Assembly (NCBI GenBank): GCA_963665275.2
Contig: CAXXIN010000009.1
Coordinates: forward strand, 64,001-128,000
Source of the DNA: Negativicutes bacterium
GTDB lineage: Bacteria > Bacillota > Negativicutes > UBA1444
Direction of reading: 5' to 3'
Length of the DNA stretch: 64,000 nt
The notes under the pieces are model-generated. The model worked only from the letters and a program-made list of their open reading frames with translations, did no database searches and was not told the DNA's origin. Below, one piece after another: positions 11,096-20,311 of this stretch (position 1 is its first letter; the number at the start of each line of letters is the position of its first letter). The position numbers and the translations under genes were made by a program.

Positions 11096-11872
11096 CTATT
11101 TTTGGGGCTTCAAGCCGCCAAAACGACGATCTCTGTTCTGAAAATCATGAATTGCCTGATGAAAATGATGAGGAGTAAAATCGGGCCACAACACCTCGGT
11201 GATCCACAACTCTGCATAGGCAAGCTGCCACAACAAAAAATTACTGATCCGCATGTCACCGCCCGGACGAATCAAAAGATCGGGATCCGGTTGATCATGG
11301 GTAAAAAGGGCTCTGGCGAAAGTTTTTTCGTCTATATCTCTAACGGAAAGATGCCCATCCAATACTTCTTGCGCCAATTTTTGCGCAGCCTGGACGATTT
11401 CTGCCCGACCGCCGTAATCAACGGCCAGATTCAATGTGATTCCGGTCCCTTGCGCCGTCCTAGCTTCTGCCTCTTCGATCCGTCGGCGTAGCTCTGGACT
11501 CAATCGAACGGTACTCCCGATGAAACGAAGTTGCACTTGATTTTCAATCAAGTACTTTACTTCATTATCCAGATAATTCGAAAATAAATCCATCAGAAAA
11601 TCTACCTCATCGAGAGGACGGCGCCAGTTTTCGGTGGAAAATGCGTAGGCGGTCAAATACCTGATTCCCAAACCCGACGCATCAGTCAAAATTGACCGAA
11701 GGACTTCCGCGCCCGCCTTGTGGCCAAATGTTCGCGGCAACCCTCTTTTTTGAGCCCAACGGCCATTTCCATCCATTATAATCGCCACATGCTGCGGAAT
11801 TTTTCCCGAATCCAGGGTAAGCGAATCGTTACCAGGAACCGGTTTTCGACGTTGCCAAAACTTTGGACTCAA
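11096..11872 (-). CDS. uppS: Undecaprenyl diphosphate synthase
   Basis: HVAIIMDGNGRWA, YAFSTENWRRP, RISNFLLWQLAY; TTG start at 11872 behind AAAGGAG. Confidence 0.96.
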   Translation of the reverse strand: MSPKFWQRRKPVPGNDSLTLDSGKIPQHVAIIMDGNGRWAQKRGLPRTFGHKAGAEVLRSILTDASGLGIRYLTAYAFSTENWRRPLDEVDFLMDLFSNYLDNEVKYLIENQVQLRFIGSTVRLSPELRRRIEEAEARTAQGTGITLNLAVDYGGRAEIVQAAQKLAQEVLDGHLSVRDIDEKTFARALFTHDQPDPDLLIRPGGDMRISNFLLWQLAYAELWITEVLWPDFTPHHFHQAIHDFQNRDRRFGGLKPQK

Positions 11873-11903
11873 ACGAATCTCTCCTTTATATTCCCAATAA
11901 GGG

Positions 11904-11929
11904 GAAACCCCCTCCGAGGAGGGGGTTTC
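11904..11929 (-). terminator. Terminator-like hairpin after ferredoxin gene
   Basis: GAAACCCCCTCC / GGAGGGGGTTTC inverted repeat immediately after the stop codon; weak U-tract. Confidence 0.55.
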
Positions 11930-11931
11930 GA

Positions 11932-12099
11932 TCAAGGAGCTTCGATTGCGGATACCGGACAAACCGCCGCACATGCTCCACACTCAACGCATACGTCTTC
12001 CTCGATAACGTAGGGAGTGCCTTCCTTGATCGCGCCAACCGGACAGGTTGAAGCACAAGTGCCGCACGAGACACAGGTGTCGTTAATTTTATAGGCCAA
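11932..12099 (-). CDS. Clostridial-type 2[4Fe-4S] ferredoxin
   Basis: MAYKINDTCVSCGTCASTCPV...CVECGACAAVCPV: two CxxCxxCxxxCP motifs; AAAGGAGG RBS; alternative GTG start at 12105. Confidence 0.95.
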   Translation of the reverse strand: MAYKINDTCVSCGTCASTCPVGAIKEGTPYVIEEDVCVECGACAAVCPVSAIEAP

Positions 12100-12101
12100 T
12101 T

Positions 12102-12314
12102 TCACTGCACCTCCTTTCCCATCTTTGCCGCAACCACCAAATAGCATATACCGTCAACATATCGTTGCCGCAACACATATTGGCAATCACCCATTAGTTG
12201 GAATTTATTAGAACATGGGCTGGTTTTGACAATTTGAACCTCAACGCCCGCCTTGTTCAAAACCTTACCCGCTGCGGCAATTGGCATCATCAGAACATCA
12301 GGTGTGGAAATCAT
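12102..12314 (-). CDS. Small protein of unknown function, PASTA-like pattern
   Basis: 70-aa ORF overlapping the frr stop (ATGA); PDV..MP...A...L.KAGV.V....V.RQ pattern. Confidence 0.7.
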   Translation of the reverse strand: MISTPDVLMMPIAAAGKVLNKAGVEVQIVKTSPCSNKFQLMGDCQYVLRQRYVDGICYLVVAAKMGKEVQ

Positions 12315-12871
12315 ACTTCCATGATTTCTTTTTCTTTAGTGAGCATCACCTGATCAATTTCTTTGATGTATTTGTCAGTCAATTTTTGAATATCTTCTTG
12401 CGCCTTTTTCACTTCATCTTCGGATGCAGTTTTGTCTTTTTCGATTTTTTTCAGATCTTCATTGGCATCACGTCGAAGGTTGCGGATTGCGACACGGCTA
12501 TCTTCCGCAGTTTTATGTACGACTTTTGTCAGTTCCTGGCGTCGCTGTTGCGTCAGTTGCGGCAGTATGAGGCGGATAACCATGCCGTCATTATTGGGGG
12601 TCAATCCAAGATCTGATTTCAGAACAGCCTTTTCAATAATTGGCAAGGATTTTTTGTCCCACGGCTGAATCACAATCGTTCGAGGCTCAGGAATCGAGAT
12701 GTTCGCCACTTGATTTATGGGCGACTGTGTTCCATAATAATCAATGGTGATTTTGTCCAGGAGTCCAGTCGTCGCACGTCCGGCCCGCAAAGTTGCATAC
12801 TCGCGTCGAAGCACTTCAATGGCTTTTTTCATGCGGCCTTCATGTGATGAAAAAACTTCTTTAATTGGCAC
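12311..12871 (-). CDS. frr: Ribosome recycling factor
   Basis: LRAGRA, DYYG, LGLTPNNDG, RVAIRNLRRDAN, KEKEIMEV. Confidence 0.98.
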   Translation of the reverse strand: MPIKEVFSSHEGRMKKAIEVLRREYATLRAGRATTGLLDKITIDYYGTQSPINQVANISIPEPRTIVIQPWDKKSLPIIEKAVLKSDLGLTPNNDGMVIRLILPQLTQQRRQELTKVVHKTAEDSRVAIRNLRRDANEDLKKIEKDKTASEDEVKKAQEDIQKLTDKYIKEIDQVMLTKEKEIMEV

Positions 12872-12873
12872 GT

Positions 12874-13598
<725 letters not shown>

Positions 13599-13622
13599 TA
13601 TTTAACCCCCGTTCGTTACTAT

Positions 13623-13649
13623 ATTCTACGAGGAGATTTGAATTCCTTC
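13623..13649 (-). promoter_or_regulatory. Putative SigH promoter upstream of pyrH
   Basis: GAAGGAATT-N11-GTAGAAT fits the RNAGGAWWW-N11/12-RNNGAAT consensus. Confidence 0.6.
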
Positions 13650-13651
13650 CG

Positions 13652-13683
13652 AAAAAGAGAGAACACGGAAGTGTTCTCTCTTT
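13652..13683 (-). terminator. Intrinsic terminator after tsf
   Basis: AAAGAGAGAACAC-TTCC-GTGTTCTCTCTTTTT on the minus strand. Confidence 0.85.
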
Positions 13684-13699
13684 GCGTTTGTCGTGTCGG

Positions 13700-14347
13700 T
13701 TATTTTTTTACAGCGCTTGCAACTTCCGCGGCAAAATCCGAAACTTTCTTTTCGAGCCCTTCGCCCATCTGATAACGTACAAAGCGTCGAACTATGATAT
13801 TTTCACCAATCTTCGAAATTTGTCCGTTAACAATATCGGTTACCGATTTGTCAGGATCCTTAATGAAAGCCTGTTCCAGCAGACAATTCTCTGCATAGAA
13901 CTTATTGACACGGCCTTCCACCATTTTATCGATAATTTTCTCTGGTTTCCCTTCATTGAGGGCCTGTGCTCGTAGCACCTCACGTTCATGATCCAGAATA
14001 CTCAGCGGAACTTCATCCCGTGAAAGATATGCGGGATTGGCTGCAGCAATCTGCATGGCCAGATCGCGCACGAAGGAGTGAAATTCCGTTGTTTTGGCTA
14101 CAAAGTCAGTTTCGCAGTTTACTTCGATCATAACACCAATCTTGCCGCCAGCGTGAATATAAGATTCAACGATACCTTCCGCGGCAATACGGCCAGATTT
14201 TTTTGCAGCGGCAGCCAGCCCTTTTTCCCGGAGATAATCAATCGCTTTTTCCATATCACCGTTCGTTTCAACCAACGCTTTTTTACAATCCATCATGCCA
14301 GCGCAGGTAGTCTCGCGAAGTTCTTTAACCTGTTGTGCAGTTATCAT
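13700..14347 (-). CDS. tsf: Elongation factor Ts (short 215-aa form)
   Basis: [27 protein letters not shown]. Confidence 0.98.
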   Translation of the reverse strand: MITAQQVKELRETTCAGMMDCKKALVETNGDMEKAIDYLREKGLAAAAKKSGRIAAEGIVESYIHAGGKIGVMIEVNCETDFVAKTTEFHSFVRDLAMQIAAANPAYLSRDEVPLSILDHEREVLRAQALNEGKPEKIIDKMVEGRVNKFYAENCLLEQAFIKDPDKSVTDIVNGQISKIGENIIVRRFVRYQMGEGLEKKVSDFAAEVASAVKK

Positions 14348-14377
14348 TCTATATTCCTCCTATGCCAGCGCAGAACG

Positions 14378-15104
14378 CTATTCTTGTATGGCTGCAGCAA
14401 CGTCTTCCATTTCCAGCTGCTCACCCTGACGACCTTCAAGAATGGCATCGGCCATGCGGGCGGTGAGCAATTTGACGGCGCGAATTGCATCGTCGTTGGC
14501 AGGAATGACGTAATCGATCAAATCAGGATCACAGTTGGTATCCACGATGCCGACAACAGGGATTCCCAGTTTCCTGGCTTCCTGAACAGCGATTTCTTCT
14601 TTGCGCGGATCGATGACAAACAAGGCGCCTGGCAGTTTATTCATGGTCTTAATGCCGCCGAGGAATTTTTGCAGCCGCTCCATTTCATGACGCAGTTGCA
14701 GAACTTCTTTCTTGTGCAGACCAGCAAAACCATCGTTGGCATCCATCTCTTCCAGTTGGCGCAAACGAGATACCCGACGTTGGATCGTTTGGAAAATTGG
14801 TCAACATACCTCCGAGCCAACGCTCATTTACGAAAAACATGTTGCAGCGCAACGCTTCATCTCTGACAGCTTCCTGCGCTTGTTTTTTGGTCCCGACGAA
14901 CAGTACTGTCTTTCCTTCCTGAGAAATGCTGCGGACAAAATTATAAGCATCTTCCACTTTCCTGACAGTTTTCTGCAGGTCAATGATGTAGATGCCGTTT
15001 CGCTCCGTAAAAATGTACGGAGCCATTTTGGGATTCCATCTCCTGGTCTGGTGACCAAAATGAACCCCTGCCTCTAGAAGTTGTTTCATGGATATAACGG
15101 ACAT
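14378..15104 (-). CDS. rpsB: 30S ribosomal protein S2 (one +1 indel near 14793)
   Basis: [39 protein letters not shown]; removing one T restores [13 protein letters not shown]. Confidence 0.96.
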
Positions 15105-15109
15105 AAGGC

Positions 15110-15205
15110 ACCTCCTGTTTTTCCTCCGTGGTGTCCGTTCTCCGCTCGCACCGCAAAATATGCGGCACAGGATCAACGGCGGACTACCACGTGTGTCATT
15201 AACAC
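15110..15205 (-). promoter_or_regulatory. rpsB 5' leader (probable S2 autoregulatory structure)
   Basis: ~100-nt GC-rich leader with complementary segments (CGTGGT/ACCACG, CCGCA/TGCGG) between promoter and RBS. Confidence 0.55.
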
Positions 15206-15215
15206 GTCGGACTAT

Positions 15216-15244
15216 ATTCTACCATACCGCCGCCGCAACGGCAA
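15216..15244 (-). promoter_or_regulatory. SigA promoter of rpsB-tsf
   Basis: TTGCCG-N17-TAGAAT with extended -10 TG. Confidence 0.65.
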
Positions 15245-15257
15245 GCATCAGAATCTT

Positions 15258-15926
15258 TCAAAGGGCAGCCTTCTTTCTCAGCTTCAACAGCAACATGACT
15301 TCCCCTTTACCGATGCCCATTTTTTGAGCAATATCTATTACCGAGAACCCCTGTTCCGCCATGTCGAGGATAGTTGCACGTTTATCCTGGACTGGCGGAT
15401 TGTTGGCTACTTTGGCTACTGCTGGAGCCTTCGATATTTTGGCCACTTTGGGTTTTGGCGGCTCAGGCTGCTCTAACATCTCTCGGGGGCTTTCTACCGG
15501 CTGTACGAATGCCTGCGGAGCGATCTCAACAGGCATCACGTTGGCGACAGGTTGGCTTCTTTCCAAGGCTTGCTGACGGAGTGAAAAATCTTTTTCAAGC
15601 TGTTGACGTTGCATTTGAAACCAGACAGCTTGCTGCTGTTGCTGCTGCTCACTCTGTAGCTGCTGCATCTGAAGCTGTTTGATTTGTTGAGCCAAAATGT
15701 TGCTGCGCCGATCAATTTCTGACAGCAAAATCTCCATCTGCGCTATTTTTCCATCAAGTCGGTCCACCGCAGAATCCGCCGTCATTAAAATTTGCTCCTG
15801 CATCTGTTCAACAGGACCGGAGAAACTGCCGGATACCCGCTGGACTGCTTTGCTCCTGCGAACAGCAAACCATACGATGACACAGGCGACACATAGTGCC
15901 AATAACGCAAGCGTAACAGTGAGCAT
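15258..15926 (-). CDS. SwrB/YlxL-like membrane-anchored coiled-coil protein with C-terminal HTH-like domain
   Basis: N-terminal TM helix, Q-rich coiled coil, GFSVIDIAQKMGIGKGEVMLLL end; last gene of the fla/che operon, the position of B. subtilis swrB. Confidence 0.7.
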   Translation of the reverse strand: MLTVTLALLALCVACVIVWFAVRRSKAVQRVSGSFSGPVEQMQEQILMTADSAVDRLDGKIAQMEILLSEIDRRSNILAQQIKQLQMQQLQSEQQQQQQAVWFQMQRQQLEKDFSLRQQALERSQPVANVMPVEIAPQAFVQPVESPREMLEQPEPPKPKVAKISKAPAVAKVANNPPVQDKRATILDMAEQGFSVIDIAQKMGIGKGEVMLLLKLRKKAAL

Positions 15927-15937
15927 GTTTCCTCCAG

Positions 15938-16291
15938 TCATGTCTTGATATCAATGGTGTGCCCGCGCAGAGGATCCGTCGGCAGCGCGAAAATTTTCAG
16001 GTTGCCATTGTCCAAATCGGCATCGTCCGAGAGCTCATCTTCTTTCTTGCCCTCATACTGCCGCCGTTCTTTTTGCTTTTCACGTTCCAAGTCCTCTGTG
16101 GTCACCTTCCCATCCTGTTGGGTAGATAATTTTGTCTGAACTTGGTGCTGCTGCGCATCTACCGTCTGTTTCAACCGAACTGACAATTGCTGCTGTTGAG
16201 TGACAGCCTGCTGTTCATGGATTGTCGCAGTTTTCGCCGCATCCAGCGTGCGAGGCATCATGACTTGTAAATCCATGGGTCGAATGTACAA
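15938..16291 (-). CDS. Hypothetical flagellar-operon protein
   Basis: 117 aa, IRPMDLQVMMPR start and GHTIDIKT end; TTG start behind GGAGG; stop lies next to the RBS of the following gene. Confidence 0.75.
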   Translation of the reverse strand: MYIRPMDLQVMMPRTLDAAKTATIHEQQAVTQQQQLSVRLKQTVDAQQHQVQTKLSTQQDGKVTTEDLEREKQKERRQYEGKKEDELSDDADLDNGNLKIFALPTDPLRGHTIDIKT

Positions 16292-16333
16292 ATTTCACCC
16301 CTCCACACATACTGCGCCGTAATCAGATAAAAA

Positions 16334-17947
16334 TCACTTAAAGGGTCTAAATTTAATTTCTCCTGCTTCGGCGTAATAAGTTACAAAACGCACTTCTTGC
16401 TGGATCGGCTTAACTAGAGAACCAATCGTGATTTTCACACCTGGAAATACATAATCGGAAATCTTGATTTGCCCGCTCCGGAGCTCCTCGTAAGCAGTTT
16501 CCAGCTCCCCTAATCTTTTTCGCATCGATTCAACCTGACCCATGGTTGTGAACTGGGCACGGGTAATTTTCAGCAACAGTTCTTTCTTCTCCGGCGGCAT
16601 TTGGCCCTGATCCATTGACCTCAACGTGAAAAGCCCTTTTTGAAGCTGATCCAGACTGACTTCGGCATTTTTCAGGTCTTTACGCAGAGCAAAATATTCT
16701 TCGCGAAGCTTGGGGTTCACGCCAGCCTGCAAATCCGTGGGGGTAGCGGAAGTAGATCCTGCCGATTTCAAAATAATTTCATCACCCGCGGCGGCAATGC
16801 CGCCAACGATCTGCCCCCGTCGGCCCTCCACTCGAATTTTCTTGCCGGCGCTCAGTTGGCTTTGCAGCACTACGTCAGTAACCAAGATATCATGATCTGC
16901 AACGACTTTGGCGTTTTCCACAAACTTAGCTGCAACAGATCCTGAAGCTTTCAAGAGTGTTTTATTTAAGCCGATGACCCCCATACGAACTGTTATGTTG
17001 GCGCCCTCGACGCACCCGCCGCTAACCATGCCTGCCACATCGACATTTCCACCTGCAATGACCGAAAATCCTTCCTGCACCGAACCCTGAATGACAACAT
17101 CACCAGCAAAATTAATGTTTCCGGTGGATAAGTCTACATCACCCTTGATTTGAAGGATCGGGGATATTGACATTTTCCCACCAATCATGATCAAATTCCC
17201 GCCTACAGCAGCGACCAGCTTTACATCATCAACAACCTGAACATTGGCCCCTGGATGCAGTACAAGATCTTTTCCTGCTCGCGCCGCCACCGAGTTTCCG
17301 CAAACATCCGCTCCGGAAACTCCCGGAGTTGGAGGAACTTTTTCAGCCAGTATCTGGCCTTTTTCCACACTAATATATAAGCCCAGGTTTTTAAAATCCA
17401 CGCCGCCATCTTCTGTCTCCGCAGGTTTTCCCCGATTCTCAAGATCAACATGAACTATAAGGGACGCATCCGTTCCGTTTTCGGGCTGAGTCCCGGTTGC
17501 ACAAAGAACACGTAGACCGGGTTGTCGCAGTGCAGCCACAAGGGAATCCGTAATAACACCAGATACGATTCCTGCTTTTTCAATGCGAGCCATTATCAGC
17601 TCCATATCCGGTTTGCTAGCGCCCTCCGGAACATCAATCTGCAAAAAAGCTTCCATCCTGTCGCGGGAAACAACTACACTAATCTCAGCAACCGGTTTTT
17701 CTTTTTGTGGTTCCGCGATTCTGACCGCTTCAGAATTTTGCAGACGAACGGCTTCCTCGACAGCCAAGCGATTAAAGACAAGGATGTGTTGTTCGGTCAG
17801 TACATCCAGAACCTGTCCTATTTCAACCGGCCCGTCGCCCTCGGAAATGGGGGATACACTGAGATAAACGCCATCATCTCGCACTTGAACGGAAAAACCC
17901 GCATTGATCGATTCCACAGCAGCATCTCCTTCAACCGACACTCTCAA
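16334..17947 (-). CDS. fapA: Flagellar assembly protein A (FapA/DUF342)
   Basis: DRMEAFL, GGVDFKNLG, IKGDVDLSTGNINFAGDVVIQGSV beta-helix repeats, VFPGVKITIG. Confidence 0.88.
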   Translation of the reverse strand: MRVSVEGDAAVESINAGFSVQVRDDGVYLSVSPISEGDGPVEIGQVLDVLTEQHILVFNRLAVEEAVRLQNSEAVRIAEPQKEKPVAEISVVVSRDRMEAFLQIDVPEGASKPDMELIMARIEKAGIVSGVITDSLVAALRQPGLRVLCATGTQPENGTDASLIVHVDLENRGKPAETEDGGVDFKNLGLYISVEKGQILAEKVPPTPGVSGADVCGNSVAARAGKDLVLHPGANVQVVDDVKLVAAVGGNLIMIGGKMSISPILQIKGDVDLSTGNINFAGDVVIQGSVQEGFSVIAGGNVDVAGMVSGGCVEGANITVRMGVIGLNKTLLKASGSVAAKFVENAKVVADHDILVTDVVLQSQLSAGKKIRVEGRRGQIVGGIAAAGDEIILKSAGSTSATPTDLQAGVNPKLREEYFALRKDLKNAEVSLDQLQKGLFTLRSMDQGQMPPEKKELLLKITRAQFTTMGQVESMRKRLGELETAYEELRSGQIKISDYVFPGVKITIGSLVKPIQQEVRFVTYYAEAGEIKFRPFK

Positions 17948-18693
17948 ATTAAGCTTGATTTAATGCGCGCCAAAGCGCCTCTAAGTCGAAACACGGCTTT
18001 CGTGTGAAGTTGGGAAATCCGGGCCTCGGACAACTTCAAAATCAGGCTTATTTCTTTGAGTGTCAATCCCTCATAATAATAAAGGGATACAACGATTTTT
18101 TCCTTTTCCGGCAGCTTATTGATCGCATTTACCAGAGAGGCTTTAACTTCGCCGATTTCGGCATGTTCGCTGGGGCTTGCGGCTACATCGGCCAAAGTAT
18201 CACTGTGCGTATAGTCTTCAAGCGGCATAATGGTTGTCGCCTGCAACTGTCCAATGAATTGATTGAATTCCTGAGAATCCATATGCATGGCTTCGGCAAT
18301 TTCACCATCGCTGGCCGAGCGACCGAGTTGTTGCTCCAATTCCGCCATTGTCTTGGTATAGGTGCGGGCTTTTTGACGTACAGAAACAGGAATCCAATCC
18401 TGTGCCCGGATCGCATCCAGAATCGCGCCGCGAATTCGCACCACCGCATAGGTTTCGAATTTAAAGCCTCTTTGGGGATCGAAACGTTCCAGCGCCTCAA
18501 GCAATCCAAAATAACCATTGCTGATCAGCTCTTCCCGCTCGACATACTGCGGCATGCCCATAGCAATTCGTCCAGCGACAACCTTAACCAAAGGCAGGTA
18601 CTGGTTTACCAGCTTTTCCCTAAGTTCAGGACTATGATCAATTTGATAAGACAACCATAAGCCTTCTATCTCTTTACCCTGGATTTTTCCCAC
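17944..18693 (-). CDS. sigD: Flagellar sigma factor SigD/FliA
   Basis: RFDPQRGFKFETYA..RIRGAILDAIR..DW.P, SLYYYEGLTLKEI...L.LSEARISQLH. Confidence 0.95.
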   Translation of the reverse strand: MGKIQGKEIEGLWLSYQIDHSPELREKLVNQYLPLVKVVAGRIAMGMPQYVEREELISNGYFGLLEALERFDPQRGFKFETYAVVRIRGAILDAIRAQDWIPVSVRQKARTYTKTMAELEQQLGRSASDGEIAEAMHMDSQEFNQFIGQLQATTIMPLEDYTHSDTLADVAASPSEHAEIGEVKASLVNAINKLPEKEKIVVSLYYYEGLTLKEISLILKLSEARISQLHTKAVFRLRGALARIKSSLI

Positions 18694-18719
18694 CTCCGGC
18701 GCGAAAATGATAGTAACGA

Positions 18720-19205
18720 CTACAAACGGTTGTCGCCTTTATTCACCGTCTTGATAACGAACACACCAGTATCTAGCAATAACTCCACCGTTCTTCCGTA
18801 ATTTCCGCCGACATCCTCCGCCACGAGACGAATGGAAAGCGATTTCAGAACCTCACGCACGGCTTCCGCATTTCGATCGCCAATCCGCATTACGTCTGTT
18901 GCCTGAGCAAAGTTGAACATCTGTGATCCTCCGGCAATCTTGGCTGTCATTCTGCTCTTTACCCCACCCAGTCGCAATACCTGCTCCAATAATACAGGGA
19001 GCGCCGTATCGGCAAACTTGGCATGGTTATCGGTAGCTCTCGCCTGCGTGCTGTCCGGAAGCATAATATGAGCCAACCCGCCCACCTTGGTAATCGAATC
19101 ATATAAAGCAATCCCCACGCAAGATCCCAGTCCATATGAAATTAAACTGTCGGGATTTCTCCCTACTTTCAGGTCGGCCATGCCCACCTTGATAAGTTCC
19201 GGCAT
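18720..19205 (-). CDS. cheD: Chemoreceptor glutamine deamidase CheD
   Basis: GLGSCVGI, GLAHIMLP, KIAGGSQMF, IGDRN, EDVGGNYGR; ATG at 19205. Confidence 0.95.
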   Translation of the reverse strand: MPELIKVGMADLKVGRNPDSLISYGLGSCVGIALYDSITKVGGLAHIMLPDSTQARATDNHAKFADTALPVLLEQVLRLGGVKSRMTAKIAGGSQMFNFAQATDVMRIGDRNAEAVREVLKSLSIRLVAEDVGGNYGRTVELLLDTGVFVIKTVNKGDNRL

Positions 19206-19840
19206 TATTCGCTCACCCCTAAAAGTGCTGAGAATGACATTGAGCGAACCCGGATCGGGAATGAGGAAAAAATGGCCCGCGCACATCATTAGCTTCCGTT
19301 GCGAATTCCGTCTCGATGACCAGAGCATAATCGCCCACTTGACCCAGTTGGATAAGGATCACACTAAGAATAGCGCCTGCCATATCCATCGCCAAAGCCG
19401 GTAATGAAGGCAGGAGTGTCATCTTGGTGAAGTAAGACAGAGCATTGAGGAAAGATCCTGCCAAAATATTACCGATCTCCATAAGGGCCGATTCATCCAT
19501 CGCATTTAAAACCTCAGTGGTTCCGTGTTCACGGCCCATCGCCATGTCAACCAGGGCAAAGGCGCTATCACGCGGCAGCAAAAACAAAATGCTGCTGGGA
19601 GCCGGGCCAAATACTCTTAAATATACCCCGGCGACCATAGTGTCCGGGGCCACCCACAACGTCGGGAACCTCACTTAGCGGCAAAATGTTCAGTCGGGGA
19701 ACCGACATGTCGATTTTGCGGTTGATTATCTGCGACAGGGCTGTAGCAGCATTCCCGGCGCCAATGTTGCCAATTTCCCGCAAAGCATCCAACTGCATCG
19801 GGGAAAGTGACAGAACTTCGTCCTTCTCCAAACCAATCAC
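19205..19840 (-). CDS. cheC: CheY-P phosphatase CheC (about three indels)
   Basis: DALREIGNIGAGNAATALS and SALMEIGNIL motifs, FFLIPDPGSL in a third frame. Confidence 0.9.
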
Positions 19841-19841
19841 C

Positions 19842-20296
19842 TCACGCCTGAGAATTACTTACGATAGCATCGGGGTTCAGCATAATAAACAAACGATTAT
19901 CAGCTTTGGCAATGCCGCTGATATATTTCCGTAGAAAGGCCGCTGGACAAGGCATTGGCAGTTTCAACATTACCGGTGTTGATGGTTGTTACTTCAACCA
20001 CTTCATCTACGATGAATCCCACAATGCTCTCATTCACTAATACGACAATAATCCGGGCGGCTTCAGTCAGGTCTCCTTCTGCCAACCCTAGACGGGAACG
20101 CAGATCAAACACTGGCAATACACTGCCGCGCAAATTGATAACTCCCTTGATAAAGGAAGGCGTTGCAGGCACTCGTGTTATCCCCATCATGCGCTTTATT
20201 TCCTGTATCCGGAGAATGTCCCATACCATATTCTTCGCGCCCCAGTTTGAAAATAATTAATTTCAATTCATCAGTCATTGTATCAATGTCCGCCAT
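19842..20296 (-). CDS. cheW: Chemotaxis coupling protein CheW (frameshifted)
   Basis: IIFKLGREEYG, ITRVP.TPSFIKGVINLRGSVLPVFDLR, GFIVDEV. Confidence 0.9.
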
Positions 20297-20311
20297 CGCG
20301 CAACCTCCTCA

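Noticed and set aside
13700-14347. Short EF-Ts as a truncation
   Set aside because: The ~200-215-aa form is a known natural variant; the ORF has an RBS, an intact end and a terminator.
18720-19328. Apparent CheC-CheD fusion or extended CheD ORF
   Set aside because: Removing one T near 19222 gives CheC ending STLGVSE* with a TAATG overlap into cheD; this is an indel artefact.
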